Shown here: in pieces, positions 13,536 to 24,960 of the stretch
Layout of the letters: every line of letters begins with the position of its first letter
How positions within the stretch are numbered: position 1 is the first letter of the stretch
Assembly: GCA_951406725.2 (NCBI GenBank)
Contig: OX597814.1
Location: forward strand, 219,728,001-219,792,000
Length of the DNA stretch: 64,000 bases
Reading direction: 5' to 3'
Source: Octopus vulgaris
Lineage: Eukaryota
Translations under genes and position numbers: made by a program
The notes under the pieces: generated by a model
The model's input: only the letters and a program-made list of their open reading frames with translations
Told to the model about the DNA's origin: nothing
Database searches by the model: none

Positions 13536-14058
13536 TTTCATTGACCCCAGAAAAGAACAAATGGCCCAGACGATCTGGTTGTTAAGGGAAACAACTGGAA
13601 TAAACCAAACTACTGCAAAATATCTTGGCTTGATGCATGATTTGTTTATGGTGTTCCATGCCAATACACAAGCAGAGGGAGAACTGATGAGTGAATGGCA
13701 AAGCTACGTGTAGCTGAGCCTTATGGGAACTACAAAAGTATGATATGGAAATGATTTCTTTTGACTGGGTACAATGCAGCATAACTTTGCTGGGGAAATG
13801 GAAAATCAAATGGATCGACAAACATGGAGGGTTGAAAGGCAAATAGTGATGGGATTTGAACTCAGAATGTAGAGAGAAAAACATAAATGCTGTAAGTGTA
13901 TTGTCTGGTGACCTGTTATTTAAGTTATATTATTGAGTCCCACTGCGGGGCACTTTGGGCGAGTGTCTTCTACTGTAGCCCCGGGCTGACCAAAGCCTTG
14001 TGAGTGGATTTGGTAGACGGAAACTGAAAGAATCCCATCGTATATATATATATGTATG

Positions 14059-14099
<41 letters not shown>

Positions 14100-14319
14100 G
14101 ATATTTTTTTCCTTGTTTTTCTGTTTCTTTCTTGTATCTTTCTGTTGAAGGTATCAAACGTAAAACTTTTTATTATATTCAATACTAATACAATTGTTTT
14201 TTATTCCACCGCCTTTTTTGTTTATTTCAGCTTCCATTGTATATATATATATATATATATAAAAAAAAAAAAAAAAAAAAAAACAACACGTCGGTGTTAT
14301 GTTGAGGGACAAACACAGG

Positions 14320-14356
<37 letters not shown>

Positions 14357-15135
14357 TTGTGTGCCTGTGTTTGTCCCCCCCCAACATTGCTTAACTGGTG
14401 CTGGTGTGTTTACATCACCCGTAACTTAGCGGTTTGGCAAAAGAGACCGATAGAATAAGTACTAGGCTTACAAAGTATAAGTCCTGGGGTCGATTTGCTC
14501 GACTAAAGGCGGTGCTCCAGCATGGCCGCGGTCAAATGACAGAAACAAGTAAAATAGTAAAAGTCTTTATTATATCAATGATGTTCTGCTTTAGCACAAG
14601 TCTACAAACTTGTTGAAGTGAATTTAGTTGATTAAATTTATGAGTCCTGCTACTTGGATTTATTATAAGAATGTGAGCATGCATGTACGCATGTATGTGA
14701 GAGAGAGAGATTATATAATTGTTCCTAATATCAAATTTCATTTTGTTTTATTTCCCTTGCACACAAGCATGCACTCACAGCAGAGTCAGTCATCGCACAA
14801 CCTCACACATTTTTCTTTTTACATTCCAAAAAAGTATTTATATTCACACTTAGAGTTGCTCTATCAGATATTTAAAATTCATGAGGAGACATCAGTTTTT
14901 AGATTTTGTTGACGTGTAGCATTGGGTTATATGTTTTCTTTGACTGTTTCTGTGTTTGAATTTTTGCTGGTATTCCAGCTGTAGTCATTTAGTCTTCCTG
15001 TATGTTATATCAGGACTTCTACTACCTGGTATATCCATCCATTTTTAATATGGTAATAGGAGGTTTCGCTCATTTCTAGCACACTGAGCAGCTTAGCCTC
15101 TGCGCTTCCCCCACAAGGCAACATCAAATGTAACA

Positions 15136-15525
15136 TGGATGGAAGCACTCCGTCGGTTACGACGACGAGGGTTCCGGTTGATCCGAATCAACGGAACAGC
15201 CTGCTCGTGAAATTAATGTGTAAGTGGCTGAGCACTCCACAGACACGTGTACCCTTAACGCAGTTCTCGGGGATATTCAGCGTGACACAGAGAGTGACAA
15301 GGCCGGCCTTTGAAATACAGGTACAACAGAAACAGGAAGTAAGAGTGAGAGAAAGTTGTGGTGAAAGAGTACAGCAGGGATCACCACCATCCCCTGCCGG
15401 AGCCTCGTGGAGCTTTTAGGTGTTTTCGATCAATAAACACTCACAACGCCCGGTCAGGGAATCGAAACCGCGATCCTATGACCGCGAGTCCGCTGCCCTA
15501 ACCACTGGGCCATTGCGCCTCCACT
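15136..15525 (-). mobile_element. SINE family C copy
   Basis: Near-identical to 2788-3175; TSD AAATGTAAC(A/C)TGGATGGAAGC. Confidence 0.9.
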
Positions 15526-15701
15526 AAATGTAACCTGGATGGAAGCTGACAAACATTTGTGTTACTACAAAATAAACAGTGAAACACTTCACAATTAACA
15601 GCACCGTTTTCAACAACTTCTGTACCGCACCTCATGTCTCAAATAAAATATAAGCACTTCAATAGGAAGCCAACACTTTTATGAAACATATTTAAAAAAT
15701 T

Positions 15702-15931
15702 GCCGGCGAGCTCGCAGAACTGTTAGCACGCCGGGCGAAATGCGTAGCCGTGTTTCATCTGCCATTACGTTCTGAGTTCAAATTCTGCCGAGGTCAACTT
15801 TGCCTTTCATCCTTTCGGGGTCGATAAATTAAGTACCAGTTATGCACTGGGGTCGATGTAATTGACTTAATCCGTTTGTCTGTCCTTGTTTGTCCCTTCT
15901 ATGTTTAGCCCCTTGTGGGTAATAAAGAAAC
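15702..15931 (+). mobile_element. SINE family D. Other copies at 20890-21124 (-, TSD CATACATTCT) and about 63500-63660 and 63685-63900 (-)
   Basis: B-box-like GAGTTCAAATTC; conserved GCCTTTCATCCTTTCGGGGTCGATAAA central domain; TSD ACATATTTAAAAA. Confidence 0.8.
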
Positions 15932-16877
15932 ACATATTTAAAAATTAAGCCTCAGTGAAACTAAAAGTAGGCAGGAAAACTAAATGCAGAGTTTACCCTT
16001 TCTGTCTTAGACTGTGATTGACCCCTTTCTTGCACCAGTCACAAAATGGCAGTGCGGAACCCAAAAGCTGAAAGTCCTGACAAAATCTCAAACATGCACC
16101 TAACCATGTAGGCCTTGAAGAAATCAGAGAAGTTATCAGCATCTATCTGGTAATTATATCAGTACTGACTAATCTGCAGAATCTGAAAATTAAGAAAATA
16201 TTTGCAATTCTTAAAACTCTATAAAAGCAGAAATGAAATAACATCTCATGGACAGATGTGTCTGTTTACTCTACACACTTGGAACATTTTCTTACAATGC
16301 TTTAACCTTGATATTCTACTCTCCAAATCACAAGAGAGATGCAGGCTATTAAGTCATTGAATTAATAAAAAGAGTTTTTGAATAGCTGCTCAACCTTCTA
16401 GAAATAACAGCCAAATCTCCCTCAAAATTACCTGTAAAAAAGAAAAGACACATTTGGTATTGCAGCATTAGATGTCTGGTGGTATGAAACCCCTAAAAGT
16501 TGTCTGGAATGTTTTTGGTCATAAGTTAACTCAATCAAGGCTGAACTAAGGCCCAAATGTAAAACAACACGACTGCCCAGTATGGTCAACCACTCCCACC
16601 TACAAACCTTACGATGTGGGTACAGCTTATTTTCACAACAAATCCTGAACCCCATACTCTTACATACACCTCCCTGCAAAAAAAAGGAAGCCCTATATAA
16701 ATAAACATAGGTACACAAGTGGCTTTGTGGTAAGAAGCTTTCTCCTAACTACATGGTTCCAGGTTCAATCTCATTGTGTGGCACCTTGGGCAAGTATCTT
16801 CTACAATAGCCTTGGGCTGACCAAAGCCTTGTGAGTCGATTTGGTAGATGGAAACTAAAAGAAGCCTGTGGTGTGTA

Positions 16878-16912
<35 letters not shown>

Positions 16913-17905
16913 TTTATTATAGCTATATTATAGCTATATTCTTTTATAGGTGCAGGAGTGGCTGTGTGGTAAGTAGCTTGCTAACCAACCACATGGTTCC
17001 GGGTTCAGTCCCACCGCGTGGCATCTTGGGCAAGTGTCTTCTGCTATAGCCCCGGGCTGACCAATGCCTTGTGAGTGGATTTGGTAGACGGAAACTGAAA
17101 GAAGCCTGTCGTATATATGTATTTGTGTGTGTGTGTTTGTCCCCCTAGCATTGCTTGACAACTGATGCTGGTGTGTTTACATCCCCATCACTTAGCGGCT
17201 CGGCAAAAGAGACCAATAGAATAAGTACTGGGCTTACAAAGAATAAGTCCTGGGGTCGATTTGCTCGACTAAAGGCGGTGCTCCAGCATGGCCACAGTCA
17301 AATGACTGAAACAAGTAAAAGAGTAAGAGTATATATATATGTCTGTGTCTGCCCCCCACCAATGCTTGGCAACAAGTGTTGGTGTGTTTATGTCCCCATA
17401 ACTTAGTGGTTTGGCTAAAGAGTTTGATAGAATAAGTACCAGCTTTAAAAAAATAAACAGTACTGGGATGGATTTATTCAACTAAAATTCTCCAAGGCGG
17501 TGCCCCAGCATGGCCACAGTCTGATGACTGAAACAAGTAAAAGGATAAAAGAATATAGCTATAATACATCTCTAGCAAAGGTAAAAAAAAATGAAATAAT
17601 ATAAAAAGCAGATTGAGAAATAGGTGCAACATCACTAGTCCCATTAGTCCTGCATTCATTGTGTTGGGAATGGATGCAAACCATGATAGCAACAACTGTC
17701 GCATTCTAAGTTCACCATGGCTAGTTCCCTCTGTGACCACCACCACCTAAATCTACAAGCATCCAGAAATAGTTTGGATATTGGAGGTAATTCCTCTCCA
17801 AATTAATATACTACACCCCATGTGATTCATCATCACATATCATTGTTTGCTTAACCCTTTCGTTACCGTATTTATTTTGAGATGCTCTGTGTTTCTTTCA
17901 GTTAA

Positions 17906-18283
17906 TCTCTCTCTATATAAACGGCAGTTTGTCTGTCTGTGTGTCTGTTAGGTTGTACCCTCACCCTGACCACGGCTTTCAACCGATTCTGATGAAACTT
18001 GACACACACATAGCCCGATGTCATAATTCAAAACTAACGCAGAGAAAATTTTGAAAAGTTCCCCCAGTTCTGAAAAAAATCGATAAATTCGACATGGGGT
18101 CGAGAATCAGAAACACAAACCACAGACTGTCTAGGGGACGCAACTCGACCTTTTTAACTCTCAACAAAAAAATTTACCATCATTTTCCCCCCATTTTTTT
18201 GCTATTTTTTGGCTATAACTCTCTAAAAATGCTTTATAGTTATTTCCCTTACAAACCCGAGCAACGCCGGGCGATACTGCTAG
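17906..18283 (+). mobile_element. Non-autonomous Helitron (different 5' half) nested in a piggyBac MITE
   Basis: A|TCTCTCTCTATATAAA...CCCGAGCAACGCCGGG...CTAG|T; removing it restores the MITE consensus TTAA|TTTTAAATATAAC. Confidence 0.88.
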
Positions 18284-19539
18284 TTTTAAATATAACAAAG
18301 AATTTAGTAAAATAATTTAGCTATCATTAAGCTAGTGTTAGGAATATAAATTGCAACTAATGTTTGGTGGTATATTTTGATGCAAAACTTATGAAAACAA
18401 GACATTTGTACTACAGAGCCAGAGCCGGTTTTGGCCGGGTTAGTAACGAAAGGATGGCCTTTATCTAGGCAGAAGCATGATATATCTGGAGCAATAAATC
18501 TATAGGTCACATCTTGTCATTCAGTAGACTTCTCAAGTGCTAAGATCTACTTGATCAAGACTGACTCAGCACTCTGCTATACAATCGCCACCTCGGATAT
18601 TTGCAAATCTTTTTGTGAATTAAGTTAAGGCCCCATGAACGATGTTTTATTTGAAAGTATTGTTTGTGCACTAACGATAATATTTTAAAGATTTTTGTTT
18701 TAATCCCAAAAGATCAAACTAATATCCTGTGAGTTGTTTCTTTTTCCTTCCATTACAAATAACTATTATCAAGACTTTTTTCTTCCTACAGGCAACTATT
18801 CTTCTTTATCTTTTACTTGTTTCAATCATTTGCCTGTGTCCATGCTGCAGCACCACCTTGAAGGGTTTTAGTTAAACAAACCGACCTTAGAACTTATTTT
18901 ATTTTTTTAAGCCTATGTATAGGCTATAGTAGAAGACTCTTGCCCAAGGTACCACACAGTAGGATTGAACCCAAAACCATGTGGCTGGGAAGGAAGCTTC
19001 TTACTACATAGCCATGCTGACTTTTTCAAAAATATATAGTTGATTAGGTACTATTTTACATACTTAAGTGATTTATTTGATTTCATTTAGTTCTTCTTTT
19101 TCCTTTTTGCTTGTTTAATACCAACATTTTCCTAATATCATTTATTTCTTATTTTTTTGTATATATAATCGTTTTCTGTGTTTGGCCTCATAACAGAGTG
19201 GTCAGCGCCGGCCGGCCCACGCTCGTTTAGCTTTTCTTGAATGGCAACAGGTGTCTCGCTCATTTAGTTGTTTAGCAGTAGGAAAAGCATTTTTATGTGA
19301 GAAAAAAAAATCTAATGGCATAGTACATCTAATATTTTGATTGAAATTCAATGTTTTACTGATTTTAATTTATTTCACTTTAAGTGATTTATGAAAAAAA
19401 AAAAAAAATCATAGTTTCATTGGTTTCAAATTTGAAACTGCATGAAAGCAATTGGTAAGAGAAGAAAATGTGAGTCAAAATATCCATTCTTAGACATTCC
19501 TTCAACCCCAAAAGTTAATAATATTGTTATATCATTTAA

Positions 19540-19759
19540 CCCTTTCGTTACCAACCCGGATGAAACCGGCCCTGGCTCTGAGTACAAATGTTTTGTTTTC
19601 ATAAGTTTTGAATTGAAATCTTCCACCAAACCTTAGTCACACTTTATGATCCTAACACCAGCTGAAAGATGACTAAGTTGTTTTACTAAATTCTTTGTTA
19701 TATCTAAAATAATTGGAAGAAACACAGAACATCTCAAAATAAATACAGTAACGAAAGGG
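19540..19759. mobile_element. piggyBac-type MITE family 1 (~220 bp). Other copies at 17855-18453 (Helitron-interrupted), 29886-30107, 33167-33390, 45369-45589 and about 51400-51623
   Basis: TTAA|CCCTTTCGTTAC...GTAACGAAAGGG|TTAA. Confidence 0.85.
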
Positions 19760-19849
19760 TTAAAGCAGATATTCAAATTTGGGATGTTAAATTGAAATAT
19801 TAGAACTGAAAAAATGATAGTTATAGCTTAATGGTAGGTTGTAGTTTAA

Positions 19850-20069
19850 CCCTTTAGTGTTCAGATTATTCTGTCAAATGTGATGTTTGTTTATTTAAAA
19901 TGGTTTGAATTAATCCTGCATTATCTTGTGGTTTAGAGATTTCAATGATGTGATCTTTTAGTTTTAGAATGACATGGCAGGGCTGAGGTGAGAGGTGAGA
20001 TCTGGTCAGTTTCAATATAAAACAGGTTAAATATTTTGGCCGGATATGGCCGGTTTGAATGCTAAAGGG
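19850..20069. mobile_element. piggyBac-type MITE family 2. Other copies at 55214-55432, 11789-11981 (split) and about 34875-35055
   Basis: TTAA|CCCTTTAG...CTAAAGGG|TTAA. Confidence 0.8.
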
Positions 20070-21968
20070 TTAAATTCACAAGAAACCACTGAATGAAAAT
20101 CAGCTGTAATATAATGGTGGAAAGTATAGATATTGCAAATCTCCGGTTCTCATTTATTCGTTGTTTAAAATATAAAAACACTGAAGAAAACTTGGAAAAA
20201 TATATACAACCTTCCTTTATATATATGTATTTATATAATTAGTTTATCATTGCAATTGTTGCTCATTTCTTGGATTGGCAGAGAGAGATTATTTTTAGTG
20301 CAAACTAATAGCAGTGGGAATAGTATTTGAGACTTTGATGTTTGAGCTTTTCTCAGGTGCATAGCAATTAAGGTAAGTGAAGAGAAAGGAAGCTTTTGTT
20401 GCTGACTAATCCCCCGAAATATACACCTTGCCTTGCAATCAGTCAGTTTAACCTTCCATCCTCCTGGTGTCGATAATGAGGGTCTTAATATACAGTTATT
20501 AGCAATTTTCTTACCTTACATCATTAGGTAGAAGGGCAGGTTTTTTTTCATGAGAAATATAAAGAATATTTCCTTTTAATTAATCTTTGTGGCCCTTTAT
20601 GTACTGCTTGTATTTGGGTTCAGTGGTGTTTAGGGGATGGTAGACGAATGTCATCTTCAATAGGATGCCAACCTTCTGCAGGTATCATTTCCTATGATTA
20701 AGATTGAATTCAGCACTAGAAGCCAACAAAGCATCTCTCACTTTTAGTATTTCTACTTCCTTCAACAGTGGAACACACCATTGTATTGGTTCTGCTTACA
20801 ACCTGGTAGACTAACACATTCAAAGAGTGAAGGCATACCATATTGCAGTGTTGAAGACACCAGTTAGTTTTATCTCTTGCATACATTCTTATTTCTTTAT
20901 CGCCCAAAAAGGGGCTAAACATAGAGGGGACAAACAAGGACAGACAAAGGGATTAAGTCGATTATATCGACCCCAGTGCATAACTAGTACTTATCTAATC
21001 GACCCCGAAAGGATGAAAGGCAAAGTCGACCTCAGCGGAATTTGAACTCAGAATGTAGTAGCAGACGAAATACCGCTAAGCATTTTGCCCGACGTGCTAA
21101 CGTTTCTGCCAGCTCACCGCCTTCCATACATTCTAATTAGTACCTCCAAATCCAGTCTCTTGTAAACCAACACTGCCTCTGCACTTAACAAATTTTCTGA
21201 TGAGTGTCTCATTATCTCAGTTACTCACACCACATCCGGATATTGCCCTGTTGCACCAGAAGTCAGCTGGCTGGTCGAAAGTTTACCAGTTATAAGCTAA
21301 TGTCCTGGATTATGCATTTGTATTATTTCTGACCCATGAGATGTAGTGACTAAACTAGTGACTAAAGTCATCCTGCGAGGTATGTTTTGTTACATCACAT
21401 GCAATAAAAAATCCATCGCACTGAAATTCCCAACTGGGATTTTTCATAGCGGCTTATCAACCTTTCAGGCAAAGAATATGGAGATACATGTGTAGGAGAA
21501 AATCTCGCACCCTCACAAACTGGATGTCTTCTATCCTACACAGCAACTCCTGCAACATGAAACTGCTGTTTTTCACACTATGCAAATTCAGAGGAGTTTT
21601 CTTTCCACCCAAATTGCAGTTGGTCTTTTAGGTCTCTTGACAAAAGAACTCTATGAATTTTGCACAATCTTCCATTTCCATTTCTTAACTACATTGGGTC
21701 TGTAGGCAGTACTCCTCATGGAGGGAACCCCCAAAAACCCACCCACATTTATTATTGGCTTTGTATCTAGATCCACGCTGTACACTGTAGATCTCTTTCA
21801 AACCTGTTCCCACCTTTATTCCATCAGATTTACTATCATATACACATACACCCTAGGTGTGAAGTATCCTCATTTGCTATAAACTAAGATGGCCACTGGC
21901 TCTGAAAGTGTTCCATTATCCCCAAACATTGCATCATAGTTCTAGCCCCTGTCCTTGCCAAACGCTTT

Positions 21969-22011
<43 letters not shown>

Positions 22012-22779
22012 TCAGACTATCATACTCTTACCATCCCAAAGGGAGTGATTTGTAACCATTTACACAAAAATGCTTGTAACCATTTAAGAACATGATCCAC
22101 ATTGGTCTCACTGGTCACAGAATGGCTGTGGGCACAGGAACTTTTCTCTTGGTCAAATTAAACCAATGCAATACATGGGTCCAGTTTCTATTTATTATAT
22201 CTATTAATTATCAAAGTTTTGAACTCATAGAGAGTTTCCAGTATTAATTATTAGTTGTTTACCATGAAAGACATTAATTAGTAGGTGCAGTTGAGCTAAT
22301 TTGCAAGTGGTTTTGGTTCCAGATTTGTCTTGTACTTGCACTGCAAAAGCAATTGCAAAAATTATGTATGTTACAACTCTCTATATCATTTGTCTCTTCT
22401 TTTTTGGCTGTCACTCATAATCAATTATGAACTGGTAGCAGATTTTTTTTTTTTAACCTACACATGCATGCAAATACACATACTCATACATTGGGGGAAC
22501 TTCAACAATTTTTTGCCCTTTTCTTTGAGGTTGTAGACCAAAGATACTGGCATAGCCCTCACTACAAGTATTGCAAAAAACTTTTGTACACCTGGTATAG
22601 TAAATCTTAACTGTTTTTCTTTCTGCTTTTCCTTTCAGTTGTTCTATTCCGTTTCATTTGGCAACACTTTACACCTTTTTTTGTAGCCCTTTTACCATTT
22701 TTTGCAATCAGTCTTTGACTTCTCCCATGCATCACAATCAGGTCACCTGCTACACTGATGACATCCTTTTAAAGATATG

Positions 22780-24090
22780 GCTGCCTGGACATATTTGTGG
22801 AGATTTCAGACCCTTTTTCAATTGCCAGTGGAGTAAGACAGGGTTGTGTACTTGCTCCAGAAACAAGGCTATGTACTTGCATCAACACTCTTTACACGTA
22901 TTCTGGATATTGTTCTTCAAAGATGGCAAGTAACCTAACAGTGAGAGTGGATGGTGGCTTGTGGAACATGCCTAGATTAAGATCTACCAAGAAGTGCTTC
23001 GGTATGTGTAGTTTGTGAAATTCTTTCCGCTGATGATTCATCCCCTAATGACTCATTCCCAAGAAGATATCCAATGACACACCATTTTGAATGTACAGTA
23101 TCAGATTTTGACTTAGTAGTAAATGTGAAAAAGATTGAAGTCTTGTGCTAACTTAAATCTGGAGTGCTTGAATATGACTGAACCTCTGGCCATGATTGCA
23201 AATCAGCTGCTAAGTGTTGTGAGAAAGTTGATATATTTGGGTTGTAGGATTTCTGATGAGAACAGCCTAGATATGGGGAGGGGGTGTATTGCTGCATAGA
23301 GTTGGTTGAGGTTGCTTTTGGGGGAAGCTCAGTGATCAATAAGGAAACAATATGCTATTAAACTATTGACAAAATCCTAAGTTTACTGAGCAGTAGTACT
23401 ACCTGTCTCTTGTATTCTGCAGAGACCTACACTGTATTGTCAGCATCTAAAAAAATTAACGAGCTCCCAGCTTTGCCAGCTCTGATCTAAAACAAACATT
23501 TATTGCTGAGACTAGATCTCCTACTAGGAAGTCCTCAGCTTGCAAATATGTCTAGTGATGTGGCTATTCTGAAGGAATTGGAGTTGTGTACTAGGTAGGG
23601 CATGTGATGTGGAGGCGCAATAGCCCAGTGGTTAGGGCAGCGGACTCGCGGTCGTAGGATCGCGGTTTCGATTCCCAGACCGGGCGTTGTGAGTGTTTAT
23701 TGAGCGAAAACACCTAAAAGCTCCACGAGCCTCCGACGGGGGATGGTGGTGATCCCTGCTGTACTCTTTCACTACAACTTTCTCTCACTCTTTCTTCCTG
23801 TTTCTGTTGTACCTGTATTTCAAAGGGCCAGCCTTGTCACTCTCTGTGTCACGCTGAATATCCTCGAGAACTACGTTAAGGGTACACATGTCTGTGGAGT
23901 GCTCAGCCACTTACACGTTAATTTCACGAGCAGGCTGTTCCGTTGATTCGGATCAACCGGAACCCTCGTCGTCGTAACCGACGGAGTGCTTCCAAATGCA
24001 TGTGATCTATGTGGATTATACTTGGATAATCCCAAGGCTATGCTCAACAGTGAGCTGAAATGTGGAAACTGTTGAAGATGGTGCTAGAAA
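22780..24090 (+). mobile_element. Old RTE/BovB-like RT fragment interrupted by a young SINE-C
   Basis: SDPFSIASGVRQGCVLAP in ORF 22797-23018; FxADD-like ttctttccgctgatgat near 23020. Confidence 0.65.
23609..23997 (+). mobile_element. SINE family C copy
   Basis: Near-identical copy; TSD GCATGTGAT. Confidence 0.9.
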
Positions 24091-24960
24091 CTCTCTCTGT
24101 TTCTTAAAGTGTTGGTTTTTGTCAAGCACCTACATTTTGTAAATTCTACATATTGATACGTTAACAGCACAGGTATATAAATAAAACTGACATTTTAAAC
24201 ATTTGTAGACGCATTGCTGTTCTGGATAATTGGCCATTATTGAACATGAATAGAAATTAAATCCACACTAATCATTGAGAAGTCTTACAACTGCATATTA
24301 GCACATATCTTTTATCTTTTACCTGTTTCAGTCATTTGACTGCGGCCATGATGGAGCACCGCCTTCAGTCGAACAAATCGACCCCAGGATTTATTCTTTG
24401 GAAGCCTAGTACTTATTCTATCGGTCTCTTTTGCCGAACTGCTAAGTTACGGGGATGTAAACACACCAGCATTGGTTATCAAGCATTGTTTGGGGGACAA
24501 ACACAGACACACAAACATATATATATATATATGGTTGGCGTTAGGAAGGGCATCCAGCCGTAGAAACACTGCCAGATCTGACTGGGCCTGATGAAGCCTT
24601 CCAGCTTCACAGACCCCAGTTGAACCGTCCAACCCATGCTAGCATGGAAAACGGACGCTAAATGATGATGATAATGATGATATATATATATACATACACA
24701 TACATATATACGATGGGCTTCTTTCAGTTTCTGTCTACCAAATCCACTCACAAGGCTTTGGTTGACCCAAGGCTATAGTAGAAGACACTTATTTGCCCAA
24801 GGTGTCACACAGTGGGAACAAACCCGGAACCTTGTGGTTGGTAAACAAGCTACTTACCGTATAGCCTCTCCTGTGCCTATATACATATATATGTATATGC
24901 ATATATACATACGTATATACATATATACATATACATTTATATATATATATATATATTGCT

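Noticed and set aside
13930-14429. ORFs rich in YIYI, CVCV, THTH or poly-M/S (here and throughout the track)
   Set aside because: They are translations of (TA)n, (TG)n and (GAT)n microsatellites inside SINEs.
23609-23685. tRNA-like sequence as a tRNA gene
   Set aside because: It is the head of a multi-copy SINE with TSDs and continues into the SINE body rather than a Pol III terminator.
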